Assembly: GCA_034432155.1 (NCBI GenBank) | Contig: DAOUCP010000113.1 | Coordinates: 40 to 64,039, forward strand | Reading direction: 5' to 3' | DNA: 64,000 nt | Source: Anaerolineae bacterium | Lineage (GTDB): Bacteria; Chloroflexota; Anaerolineae; Epilineales; Epilineaceae | Shown: positions 29,404 to 40,770 of the stretch, in pieces | Layout of the letters: every line of letters begins with the position of its first letter | Numbering within the stretch: position 1 is the first letter of the stretch | The notes under the pieces: model-generated | Told to the model about the DNA's origin: nothing | The model's input: the letters and a program-made list of their open reading frames with translations, nothing else | Databases searched by the model: none | Program-made: the position numbers and the translations under genes

Positions 29404-30147
29404 GTGACTCCTGACGCCGAGGCGATGCTGCCGGCAACGACCGTCCTCGCGATTCTTCGACGGGGCACCCTCGAACTCGCCGCCTACGTTCCCTGGAGCT
29501 CCAACGCCACCCTGCTCGTCCGGGTGCACCACCGCCAGCGGAGCCTCGAAGCCGTCTACAAGCCCCGCTCCGGCGAGCGCCCGCTCTGGGACTTCCCGCG
29601 CGGCAGCTTATGCCAGCGTGAGGTTGCCGCCTACCACCTGAGCCAGGCTCTCGGCTGGCATCTCGTACCGCCAACGGTGTTGCGGCGCGGTCCGCTCGGA
29701 CTTGGCGCGGTCCAGGCGTTCGTCCCGCACGACCCTGCGACCCATTACCTGGTCATGGACGATCTTGCGCCCCGCGTAGTGGAGCGCATCGTGGCCTTCG
29801 ATGTCGTGGCCAACAATGCCGACCGCAAGAGCGGGCACGTTCTGCGGGATCCGCAAGGTGACATCTGGCTCATCGACCACGGCCTAACCTTCCACGTCGA
29901 ATGGAAGCTCCGGACGGTGATCTGGGAGCTGGCCGGCGAACCGCTACCGCCCCACGTGCAGCGCGACCTGCGGCGTCTACTGGCCGCCCTGGATCAGGAG
30001 GGCTCGGCCCTGCGCCGGCGCCTAGGCAGACTGCTATCGGCTGCCGAAGTGGAGGCGCTGCGCCACCGCACGCTCGGCTTGCTGCAGAGGGCCCGCTATC
30101 CGTGCCTCGATCGCGAGCGGCGCGCCGTGCCCTGGCCCCTCGTCTGA
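29404..30147 (+). CDS. SCO1664 family protein (PI3/4-kinase-like fold); start uncertain
   Basis: WSSNATLL, VYKP..GERPLWDFP.G.L..REVAAY, NNADRKSGH, IDHGLTFH, VPWP. Confidence 0.9.
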   Translation: MTPDAEAMLPATTVLAILRRGTLELAAYVPWSSNATLLVRVHHRQRSLEAVYKPRSGERPLWDFPRGSLCQREVAAYHLSQALGWHLVPPTVLRRGPLGLGAVQAFVPHDPATHYLVMDDLAPRVVERIVAFDVVANNADRKSGHVLRDPQGDIWLIDHGLTFHVEWKLRTVIWELAGEPLPPHVQRDLRRLLAALDQEGSALRRRLGRLLSAAEVEALRHRTLGLLQRARYPCLDRERRAVPWPLV

Positions 30148-30242
30148 TCGCCAACCATCAGCCGTGAAAGGACCGGGCCGTCACCCTGGACGGCCCGGTC
30201 GGAGTGGATGCCAGCGCAGCCGGCCTCAAACGCCCCGTAAGC

Positions 30243-32294
30243 TCATGGCTCGCCTGGACATGGGATGTAGCGGGCCACCTCGCGGTAGATCCGCAGCAAC
30301 TCCTCCGAGCCCGGCGCCTCGTAGTACAGATCGGCGATGCCGCGCAGCAAGTCGCTGTCCACATCGCCACCCAAGCCAATGGTGACCACGGTGATGCCAG
30401 CATCCCTTGCCTGCCTGGCCGCGGCGGCCACGTCGTTGGGATCGCCAATCTGGCGACCGTCGGTCAAGAGCACGATGGCCCGGACCCGGCCGCTCTGTGG
30501 TGACCGCGTCAGCTCATCGTAGGCGGCGCGAAGACCGAGGTCGATGCGCGTGCCAACCGCTTGCCGACTCGGCAAGGCCCGCAGCGCCGCTGCGATCTGG
30601 CCGCGATCGCTCGTCAAGGATGTCTCGACGTGGGCGGCATTGTTGAAGCCCACGATCGCGACCCGATCGACGTCCTTGAGCTGATTCACGAATTCTTGCG
30701 CTGCCTCGATCGCCGCCTCCAGCTTGCTCTGCGTTTGTCCCGGCGTCTTTTCACTCATGCTGGTCGATGTGTCAATCGCCAAGGCAACGCTCAGAAGCTG
30801 CGCTTCTGGCACGCACTTCGTCGGCGCCGGTGTGGCCGTCGGTTCCGGCGGCCAATTGCGGAACAGGATCGGCAAGTACTTGGCCCGGGGGGCCGGCGTT
30901 TCGGTGGGCAGCGGCGTGGGCGTGTCGGTCGGAGTGGGCGATGCCGTTGGCGTGGCGGTGGGTGTTGCCGTTGGCGGCAACACCTCGATCTCTACCGGCG
31001 GGAACCAGCCCGAGCCGATCGCCGATCGGCTATCCACGTACTGAATCCCGGCGCTGACGCTGACCGGCCACAAACCTGCCGCCTGGGGCTGGACGCGGTA
31101 GGTGAGGGTTACGGGCAGGGTCGGCGGCTCGAACTTCCACTCCATCTGCTGCCCGGTCACCGTCACGTTCGGCGGCGTGATCGAGCCGGCATCCAGCTGC
31201 ATCGTATCGGTCAAGACATCCCGAACGAGGAGCGAAGCGATGGACACGGGCTCTCCCTTGGCCAGCTGCTTGGTGTAGGCATCGAGAAACGGCTTCATCG
31301 AGCCGCGCTCGCTGACATACGCCCCCTGGCTGGCCAGCTCGGAGAGCTTGCGGCGGTCGTAGTCCCGCACGCCGAAGCCGACGGTGAACACGTGGGTATC
31401 CTTGTCGACGCCCAGGTTGCGCATGTCCTTGGCGCAGAACTGGAAATCCGACAGGATGATGATCACTTTCGTGCGCGGGTCAGGACGAGCACCGGTGCCC
31501 TTCAGAACGCGAACCGCCTCGCGCATGCCGGTGTTGATCCGGGTGATGCTGCCACCGCGCAGGCGGTTGACGCCGGTCGACACTTTGTTACGTTCGCTCG
31601 ACAGGGCCACCGAGACCTGCACGCGCTCGTCGAAGGCCACCAAACCGACTCGCAGCCGGTCTGCTGCCATGTCGCGCTCGATGTTAAGGTCGCCGAGGAA
31701 ATCGCCAATCCACTTCTGAACATCCCGGATGCGATCGGCATCGCCGGCCGGCTCCAGCTCGTTGATGTCCGGCGTTGAGAAGACCGGTGGCATCGGCGTC
31801 GGCGTTGGTCGCCAGCCGGGTCGGCGGGTGGGCGTGGGCGACGGTTCATTCCCCCGCACCGGATTGCAGAAAGGCGGCTCGCCTTCTGGCGCCCCGCTGC
31901 CAGGCGTTGGTTCGTTCCCCGTCGGCGGCGTAGGCGTCGGCCGCTCACCTGTCGACGTCGGTTCGGGGCGGGTTGGAATCGTGGTCGGCAGACTGCCCTG
32001 CTTGTACTTGGTCATCGAGTTGGAGATGTCAGCCAGGAGCACCAGGTCGATGGGCCCACCCCAGGCAGCGCAGGTACCACTGACGACGAGGGTCACCTGC
32101 GAGCTGTCGCCCAGGGGAATCACTTCCGGGTCCACCCACTTCTGCAGCTCCGTCAGGCAACTGCTCGGCATGGCCGTCGCCGTTGGCCGGGCCTGCGCGG
32201 CCGTCGGGCTGCTCTCCGAAAGGGTGAACAACGCCACCACGACAACAAAGAGAGGGATGAGTGCAATCCAGAGCAATCTCAGCGGACGTACCAT
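30243..32294 (-). CDS. Secreted double-VWA domain protein (VWA - DUF11/Ig-like - PT linker - VWA), paralogue A
   Basis: GGAGGAG RBS; signal peptide; MIDAS DISNS and DTSTS; GTRID.GL and LLTDG; internal KYLPILFR. Confidence 0.9.
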   Translation of the reverse strand: MVRPLRLLWIALIPLFVVVVALFTLSESSPTAAQARPTATAMPSSCLTELQKWVDPEVIPLGDSSQVTLVVSGTCAAWGGPIDLVLLADISNSMTKYKQGSLPTTIPTRPEPTSTGERPTPTPPTGNEPTPGSGAPEGEPPFCNPVRGNEPSPTPTRRPGWRPTPTPMPPVFSTPDINELEPAGDADRIRDVQKWIGDFLGDLNIERDMAADRLRVGLVAFDERVQVSVALSSERNKVSTGVNRLRGGSITRINTGMREAVRVLKGTGARPDPRTKVIIILSDFQFCAKDMRNLGVDKDTHVFTVGFGVRDYDRRKLSELASQGAYVSERGSMKPFLDAYTKQLAKGEPVSIASLLVRDVLTDTMQLDAGSITPPNVTVTGQQMEWKFEPPTLPVTLTYRVQPQAAGLWPVSVSAGIQYVDSRSAIGSGWFPPVEIEVLPPTATPTATPTASPTPTDTPTPLPTETPAPRAKYLPILFRNWPPEPTATPAPTKCVPEAQLLSVALAIDTSTSMSEKTPGQTQSKLEAAIEAAQEFVNQLKDVDRVAIVGFNNAAHVETSLTSDRGQIAAALRALPSRQAVGTRIDLGLRAAYDELTRSPQSGRVRAIVLLTDGRQIGDPNDVAAAARQARDAGITVVTIGLGGDVDSDLLRGIADLYYEAPGSEELLRIYREVARYIPCPGEP

Positions 32295-32456
32295 ATTGCT
32301 GCTCCTCCGGTGAAACACCTGGGACTTGGATCCGCGCCCGTCGCGGCCGGTGTGCGATTCGATCATGAGAGTGGACGCACCTGCGGCCAGCGGGGACGCG
32401 GGCCTCATCTTACGATAACGCCGCGTCGCGCTCCAAGATAGACGGTGACAGCGTGA

Positions 32457-33761
32457 CTACGGCCTCTGACTCGGATTCCCCGCGAGTGCGGCGAGAAGAC
32501 GCCGCACCGCCCTGCCCCGGTGGCTGACAAAGTTCTTCTCGGCCATGGGCAGCTCGGCCATGGATACGTGACCACCGTAGCCGGCGTCCTCGACCAGGAA
32601 GACGGGATCGTAGCCGAAGCCGCCCTTCCCGCGCGGCGCCCAGGCGATTCGGCCTTCGACGGAACCTTGCGCGCACTCGGCATGGCCGTCCGGCCATGCG
32701 ATGGCCGTCGCCGACGTGTAGCGCGCCGTCCGCTTCTCCCAGGGCACATCGCGCATCCGCGCCAAGAGGCTGCGCCAGCGCTCGGCGTCGCTCCCCTGGA
32801 GCCAGCGCGCCGACTGCAAACCTGGCTGGCCGCCCAGGGCGTCGACCTCCAGCCCCGAGTCGTCGGCCAGCGCCGGCAGACCGCTCGCTTGGGCATAGGC
32901 CTTGGCCTTGGCCAGGGCATGCTCCCACCACGTCGTCCCCTCTTCCGCGACACGAAGCGCCAAGCCGAGATCGGAAGGCGTGCGGATGCGTTCCGCCAGC
33001 CCCTCGGCGAGAGCGGCCAACTCGGCCAGTTTTCCGGCGTTCGTGGTGGCAATCAGCAGTTCGGCCATCGGCAGCGGAAGGCGCGGCGCGGCAGGCAGTG
33101 CGCCCGTCAGCAACGTGGGCGCTGGCCGAGCGGCCGTTGGGGCCTCGTGGTAGAGACCGTGGCGCTCGATGTAGGAACGCACCGACTCCGCGACCTGGTA
33201 GCGAATCGGCCGGCCGTCGACCACCCGCTGGCGCAAATCCGTGCCGGAGATGCCGATGGGCGGCATGGCGACGACGCGCAGAGCACTCCGCAAGCCCGGG
33301 ATGACCGCCTCCAGGGTGACCAGATCAGGCGGTTCTCCGGGCCGGTTCAGGACCACCAGGCAGGCCAACTGGGGCAGGCGCTGCGGCTCGTGCCAAGTCG
33401 CGAGCTCGGCCAGAGAGTCGCTGCCCATCAGGAAGTGCAGCCTCGCCTGAGGATGCTCGTCGCGCAGCTGGGCGAGCATATCCACGGTGTAGTGGGGACC
33501 GGGCCGATCGACGTCGACCCGGCTAATGGCCAGACGCTCATTCCCGGCGATGGCCAAGGCCAGCATGGCAATGCGATGGTCGGACGTCGTCTTGGCCCTC
33601 GTGCGTTTGTGAGGCGGATCGGCGGCCGGTACGAACAGTACCGCCTCCAGAGCAAGCGCATGGAGTGCCTCAGTGGCCGCCACCAGGTGCCCCACGTGCA
33701 CCGGATCGAAGGTGCCACCGAAGACACCGATGTCGCCGGTCCAGGTGGGCTTCACCGGCAT
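32457..33761 (-). CDS. nadD-rdgB: Fused nicotinate-nucleotide adenylyltransferase (NadD) and RdgB/HAM1 non-canonical purine NTP pyrophosphatase
   Basis: GVFGGTFDPVHVGH..YTVD..LMGSD..ISGT..YQV (NadD); then, with no stop, LIATTNAGK..ADDSGLEVDALGGQPG..FGYDPVF..SHRGRA (RdgB). Confidence 0.9.
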   Translation of the reverse strand: MPVKPTWTGDIGVFGGTFDPVHVGHLVAATEALHALALEAVLFVPAADPPHKRTRAKTTSDHRIAMLALAIAGNERLAISRVDVDRPGPHYTVDMLAQLRDEHPQARLHFLMGSDSLAELATWHEPQRLPQLACLVVLNRPGEPPDLVTLEAVIPGLRSALRVVAMPPIGISGTDLRQRVVDGRPIRYQVAESVRSYIERHGLYHEAPTAARPAPTLLTGALPAAPRLPLPMAELLIATTNAGKLAELAALAEGLAERIRTPSDLGLALRVAEEGTTWWEHALAKAKAYAQASGLPALADDSGLEVDALGGQPGLQSARWLQGSDAERWRSLLARMRDVPWEKRTARYTSATAIAWPDGHAECAQGSVEGRIAWAPRGKGGFGYDPVFLVEDAGYGGHVSMAELPMAEKNFVSHRGRAVRRLLAALAGNPSQRP

Positions 33762-33795
33762 CGCCTCCGCCACCGGAGCCCGCGTCGCACGCCGG

Positions 33796-35812
<2,017 letters not shown>

Positions 35813-35838
35813 CCGGCCGTCCGGCTACCCTCGCACCG

Positions 35839-37899
35839 TCATGGACAGGGGATGAAGCGGGCGATGCGCCGGTACAAGTCCAGCAAGTCCTCGGCGCCAG
35901 GCGCCGGGAAGTAGTATTCCGGCAGGCTGGCCAGGCGCTTCAACAGCTCCTCGTCGACGTCGTCACCCAAGCCAATCGTCACCACGTTGATACCGGAGGC
36001 CCGAATCCGGTCACCGACGGCCACGACATGATCGTTGCCCGGTGGTCCGACTTGTCGACCGTCCGTCACCAGCACGATGGACCGGTTGTTCTCCGTCCGA
36101 TGCCGCGGGCCCACCAGCTCCGCCTCGGCCGCCTCCAAGCCCAGGTCGATGCGCGTGCCGGTCTTCTGGGTCTCGGGCAGCCGCCGCAACGCCGTCCGCA
36201 CTGCATCCTTGTCCGCCGTCAGGTGGGCCGCCGTCGTCGCCGTGCTGTTGAAACCGATCACCGCGACCTGGTCGTCTGCTTTCAGCAGATCGACGAGGGC
36301 GATGCTGGCCTCGATCGCCGCTTGCAGTTTGGCGAGTCGGCCACCCGGCGTCGGGTCGTTCATGCTGGTCGACGTGTCCACCAGGAGAGCCACGTCCACC
36401 GTCTGAACCTCCGGTACGCACTTGGTGGGTGCCGGCGTCGGCGTCAGCGTGGGCGTGACCGGCGGCCAGAGACGCAGCAGGTACGGCAGGTAGCGATCGA
36501 TCGGTCGCGGAGTGGCGGTCCAGGTTGGCGTCGGCGAGGGGGTTTCGGTGGGCGTGCTGGTGGGTGTGGCCGTGGCCGTTGGCGTGTGGGCAATGACCTC
36601 CACCCAGACTGGCGGGAAGAGGCCCCGGCCTACCAGCCCCTTCGAGTCGCTCCACAGCGCTTCCGCTTGCTTGCTGATGAGCTGCCGTCCCACTGCCAGT
36701 GGCTGAACCGCGAAGGTGAGCGTCGCCGGCACGTACGGCTCCGGCAACTGCCACTCCAGCACTTGCCCGCTGATGGTCACCGTGGGCGGGTTCACCGAGC
36801 CACCGATGAGACTCATGGTGTCCGTCAATTCGTCGCGAACGGTAAGGCCAGCGAAGAACACCGAGCTGGCCCGCGACAAGCGGTTCACATAGGCCTGCTG
36901 AATGGGCGTCATGGCATGCCGCTCGCTGACATAGGCTGCATCGGTCGCCAGCTGGTGCAACCTTGGTCGGTCGAAGTTGCGCACCCCGAAGCCCACCGCC
37001 AGCACGTGCACGCCCGGCTCGATGCGGAACCGCATGTCGGCATCGCAGAACTGGAAGTCCGACAGGATCATGAGGGCCTTGACCCGCTCGGTGTCGGGAC
37101 GGCTGCCCGTGCCCGACAACACCCGCAGCGCCTCGCGCAGACCGTTGTTGATGCGCGTGATGTCCCCGCCGCGGGCCCTGGTCACGCCATTCAGAACGCG
37201 ACTGGGCTCATTGGTGAGCGCTACCGTGTTGACCGGCCGCTGGTCAAACGCCACCACCCCGATGCGCAGCCGGTCGCTCTTCATGTCGCGCTCGATCTCC
37301 GGCAAGCCTAGGAAGTCGCTCACCCAACGTTCCACCTCCCGAATCTGGTCCTCGGTGCCCGATGGCTCCAGCTCCTCAATGCTGCGGGTGGGGATCGGCG
37401 CCGGTGTCGGCGTCCACCAATACCAGCGACGCGTTGGAGTTGGGGTGGCCCGCTCGGGATGGCAGAACGGCGGCTCGCCGCCCAGCCTGGGATCTTCGGT
37501 CGGCTGCGGCCCGGGGCCAGGTTCGCGGGTGGGCGTGCCAGGCGTCTCAGGCGGGCCGGGCCGCGTAGGCGTGGCTATCCCCGGGCCGAGGCCGCCCTTC
37601 GACATGGAGTTCGAGACATCGACCAGCAGCACCAGATCAATCGGCATGCCGCTGGCAGGACAATCGCCGGTGATCACCAATGTGACATCCACGTCCTTGC
37701 CCAGTTCTACTACCTCAGGGACGGCCCACTTCTGAAGGCCGGCGAGGCACTGGCTGGGGGCAGCGGAGGTGGCCGTGGGCGCAAGAGCAGGCGCACCGGC
37801 CAGGCGCGGCGATTCGGCGGCGGCCATGGCCAGCATGGCGGTCAGAAAGGCGAGAACGGGAAGGAGAGCAGTCCACAAACGAACGACGCGGCGCATCAT
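35839..37899 (-). CDS. Secreted double-VWA domain protein, paralogue B
   Basis: Signal peptide; DVSNS and DTSTS MIDAS motifs; same architecture as 30243-32294; internal RYLPYLLR. Confidence 0.9.
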   Translation of the reverse strand: MMRRVVRLWTALLPVLAFLTAMLAMAAAESPRLAGAPALAPTATSAAPSQCLAGLQKWAVPEVVELGKDVDVTLVITGDCPASGMPIDLVLLVDVSNSMSKGGLGPGIATPTRPGPPETPGTPTREPGPGPQPTEDPRLGGEPPFCHPERATPTPTRRWYWWTPTPAPIPTRSIEELEPSGTEDQIREVERWVSDFLGLPEIERDMKSDRLRIGVVAFDQRPVNTVALTNEPSRVLNGVTRARGGDITRINNGLREALRVLSGTGSRPDTERVKALMILSDFQFCDADMRFRIEPGVHVLAVGFGVRNFDRPRLHQLATDAAYVSERHAMTPIQQAYVNRLSRASSVFFAGLTVRDELTDTMSLIGGSVNPPTVTISGQVLEWQLPEPYVPATLTFAVQPLAVGRQLISKQAEALWSDSKGLVGRGLFPPVWVEVIAHTPTATATPTSTPTETPSPTPTWTATPRPIDRYLPYLLRLWPPVTPTLTPTPAPTKCVPEVQTVDVALLVDTSTSMNDPTPGGRLAKLQAAIEASIALVDLLKADDQVAVIGFNSTATTAAHLTADKDAVRTALRRLPETQKTGTRIDLGLEAAEAELVGPRHRTENNRSIVLVTDGRQVGPPGNDHVVAVGDRIRASGINVVTIGLGDDVDEELLKRLASLPEYYFPAPGAEDLLDLYRRIARFIPCP

Positions 37900-37994
37900 G
37901 TCACGCTCCCTTTCGCGGCGCTGTCGCCCGATAATGCCGCGCGGCGCCGGGCGTACAGCGCCCGCCTACCCGGACCTACTTCGGACTGATTATC

Positions 37995-38003
37995 ATTATA
38001 CCA
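37995..38003 (-). promoter_or_regulatory. Extended -10 (TGgTATAAT) for the VWA-B/translin/obgE/nadD-rdgB run
   Basis: Reverse complement of attatacca, about 95 nt upstream of ATG 37899. Confidence 0.55.
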
Positions 38004-38045
38004 CCCGCCCCAAGGCCGGGGAAGGCGCAGCCAAGGAGAATCGCG

Positions 38046-38474
38046 GTGGAGCCAACTGTCGTGTCGCGCGTCGCTGTGCGCTGGATCGCCGATCGTTTGA
38101 TGATCGGCGCCGACTCCGGTGGACGAACGGTGGCCCTCGCCACCTGGCGTGACAAGGAACCAGCATGGCAGGGCATCAAGCCGTCCGATCTGCTGCTCAT
38201 CGCTGCCGCGGCTTGTCCGATGGTCGACGTCGTGGAGATCCTGCGCAAAGGCCGCCATCCGCTGGTTAGTCTGGAGACGGAGTGCACCGGCCAGCAGCTA
38301 GCCGATCCGCCATACACCTTCACCGCCATTCACATCCACTTTCGCGTTGGGGGCGCCATTCCGGCGACTGCCGTCGAGCGGGCCCTGGAGCTGTCCATGG
38401 ACAAGTACTGCTCGGTGGTGAACACCCTGCGCCCGGGAGTCGCCGTCAGCTACGATTACGAGCTGGAGCCGTAG
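38046..38474 (+). CDS. OsmC family protein (YhfA-like)
   Basis: GIKPSDLLL.AAAAC..VDVV.IL.K.R; FT.IHI; LS.DKYCSV. Confidence 0.88.
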   Translation: MEPTVVSRVAVRWIADRLMIGADSGGRTVALATWRDKEPAWQGIKPSDLLLIAAAACPMVDVVEILRKGRHPLVSLETECTGQQLADPPYTFTAIHIHFRVGGAIPATAVERALELSMDKYCSVVNTLRPGVAVSYDYELEP

Positions 38475-38547
38475 CCAGGCCTGACGGACGCTTGCCAGCG
38501 CCCGGGGTCAGCGGTAGTGGCGATGCCGAGCAGGCATTTGCCGGCAC

Positions 38548-38711
38548 GGCAGGCCAGCGGCGGTAACCATGCCGACCAGACGCGTGCCAGTGCGGCAGGC
38601 CAGCGGCGGTAACCATGCCGACCAGACGCCTGCGGGCAGGTCAGCCGCGGTAGCCACGCCCACCAGACGCATGCCACTGCGGCGGGCGAGCGGCGATAAC
38701 CCCGCCCACCG
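38548..38711. repeat. Four ~36-bp direct repeats (ggcaggccagcggcggtaaccatgccgaccagacgc) with 5-10 bp gaps
   Basis: Copies start at 38548, 38594 (identical), 38635 and 38681 (degenerate). Confidence 0.85.
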
Positions 38712-38812
38712 GTGGCCCCGGTTTGACGGCGCACCCCGGCAACGGTATGTTCAGCCGCCGGTCGCGACCGAGGGTCCGATACTGGCCAAGGCGCTCCCTT
38801 CGAGGTTGTCCG

Positions 38813-39703
38813 ATGCCCTATGACATGATTGTGCTTGCCAAGCAGGTTCCCGACACGGCTCGGGTCACAGCCAATGCCATGAAGGCCGACGGCACGCTGA
38901 ATCGGGCGGCCTTGCCGGCCATCTTCAACCCGGATGACCTCGCGGCACTGGAGCTAGCGCTGCGCGTGCGGGATGAGCACGGGGGCCGGGTGACAGTTCT
39001 AACGATGGGGCCGCCTCAGGCTGCCGAAGTGCTGCGGGAAGCGCTCTATCGGGGCGCCGACGGCGGCGTGCTGCTCACCGATCGGAAGGCGGCCGGCTCG
39101 GACACCCTCGCCACGTCCTATCTTCTGGCCTGCGCCGTACGCAAGCTCGGCCGCTTTGACCTGGTGTTCTGCGGGCGTCAGGCGATCGACGGCGACACGG
39201 CTCAGGTGGGTCCACAACTGGCCGAGAAGCTGGACCTACCGCAAGTCACTTATGTCGAAGCCATCGAGAGTTTGCAGCCACAGACGATCTTGGTGCGCCG
39301 CGCCCTGCCGCTCGGCATCGAGGTCGTGGAATGCCGCTTGCCGTGTCTCCTCACCGTGGCGGGAGCTGGCGTACAGGTGAGGCCACCCTCGGCGCGCCGT
39401 CTGCTCAGCCACAAGCTTGCGGCGACCCCGCTGGAGTATGAGCCCCTGCGGCGTCAGTGGCCCGAGTTCCGGTCCGATGCGGAGCTCGACGACTTTCTGG
39501 CCCAGCGGGGGCTGCGCATCCCGGTTTGGAGTGCTGCCGACGTCGATGCCGAGGAAAGCCGCATCGGCCTGGCTGGCTCGCCAACCAAGGTGGCGCGCGT
39601 GGACTACGTCGTCCTGCAGGGTCGGGGTTCGACGGAGGTGACTCCCACGCCCGCCGACATCCAGCGGCTGATCGGCGAGTTGGTGGCCGAGTACATCCTT
39701 TAG
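38813..39703 (+). CDS. etfB: Electron transfer flavoprotein beta subunit
   Basis: KQVPDT, NPDD..ALE.AL, TMGPPQA, SDTLATS, GRQAIDGDTAQVGPQ, G..GSPTKV. Confidence 0.93.
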   Translation: MPYDMIVLAKQVPDTARVTANAMKADGTLNRAALPAIFNPDDLAALELALRVRDEHGGRVTVLTMGPPQAAEVLREALYRGADGGVLLTDRKAAGSDTLATSYLLACAVRKLGRFDLVFCGRQAIDGDTAQVGPQLAEKLDLPQVTYVEAIESLQPQTILVRRALPLGIEVVECRLPCLLTVAGAGVQVRPPSARRLLSHKLAATPLEYEPLRRQWPEFRSDAELDDFLAQRGLRIPVWSAADVDAEESRIGLAGSPTKVARVDYVVLQGRGSTEVTPTPADIQRLIGELVAEYIL

Positions 39704-39729
39704 ACGCGGCGGGCACCATGGGAGAGAGA

Positions 39730-40770
39730 ATGACAGACGGTCGGGACGTATGGGTATTCGTCGAGCAGGACGGCGGCAAGCCGGCGCCGGTCAGCCTGGA
39801 ACTGCTCGGCAAGGCGCGCGAGCTCGCGGACCAGCTCGGGAGCCGTGTGACGGCCCTGGTGTGCGGGGCAGACACCACACCCCTGGCCGAGGCAGCAATC
39901 CAGAGCGGCGCCGATCATGTGCTGGCCGCGGAGCATCCCGAGCTCGCCGTCTACCGGACTCTGCCTTACGCCCGCATCGCCATCGAGCTGGTGCGCTCGC
40001 GTCGGCCGTACATCCTGCTGTTCGGTGCCACGCCTGTCGGTCGCGATCTCGCGCCACGGGTCGCCAGCGCCTGCCGGGCCGGCCTGACCGCGGACTGCAC
40101 GGGCCTGCGGATTTCGGATCTCGAGACTCGCGACCGGGTCTATCGAGATCTGCTCTTTCAGATTCGACCGGCCTTTGGTGGCAACGTGATTGCCACCATC
40201 GTCAACCCCGAGATGCACCCCCAGATGGCCACCGTTCGGGAGGGCGTGATGCCGCTGCCGGCGCCGGATCCGCTGCGCTCCGGAACGGTGGAGCAGGTCC
40301 GGGTGCAGCTCGACGACAGGGACCTGGCCCTGCGCATCGTGCGGCGCGACATCCGGCTACCGAGCGTCGATCTCAAGCGAGCACACGTCATTGTGGCCGG
40401 TGGCGCTGGCGTCGGCGGCGCTGAGGGGTTCGCCCTGCTGCGCGAACTGGCGGACGTCCTGGGCGGCGAGGTGGGCGCCAGTCGGGCGGCCGTGGACGCG
40501 GGCTGGATTTCTGCCGAGCACCAGGTAGGCCAGACCGGCACCACAGTCCGACCGCGGCTGTACATCGCCGTTGGCATCTCCGGAGCGGTGCAGCACCTGG
40601 CGGGCATGGACGAAGCGAACACCATCGTGGCCATCAACACCGACCCCCATGCTCCGATCTTCCAGATCGCCCACTTCCGCATCGTGGCCGACTACCGGAC
40701 GGTGGTGCCGGAAATGATCAAAGCCTACCGCGAACAGGCCGGCCGCGCCGCTGGGAGCCAACATGGCTGA
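39730..40770 (+). CDS. etfA: Electron transfer flavoprotein alpha subunit
   Basis: GLTADCT, RPAFGG, PQMATVR, GASRAAVD, QVGQTG, YIAVGISGAVQHLAGM. Confidence 0.93.
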   Translation: MTDGRDVWVFVEQDGGKPAPVSLELLGKARELADQLGSRVTALVCGADTTPLAEAAIQSGADHVLAAEHPELAVYRTLPYARIAIELVRSRRPYILLFGATPVGRDLAPRVASACRAGLTADCTGLRISDLETRDRVYRDLLFQIRPAFGGNVIATIVNPEMHPQMATVREGVMPLPAPDPLRSGTVEQVRVQLDDRDLALRIVRRDIRLPSVDLKRAHVIVAGGAGVGGAEGFALLRELADVLGGEVGASRAAVDAGWISAEHQVGQTGTTVRPRLYIAVGISGAVQHLAGMDEANTIVAINTDPHAPIFQIAHFRIVADYRTVVPEMIKAYREQAGRAAGSQHG

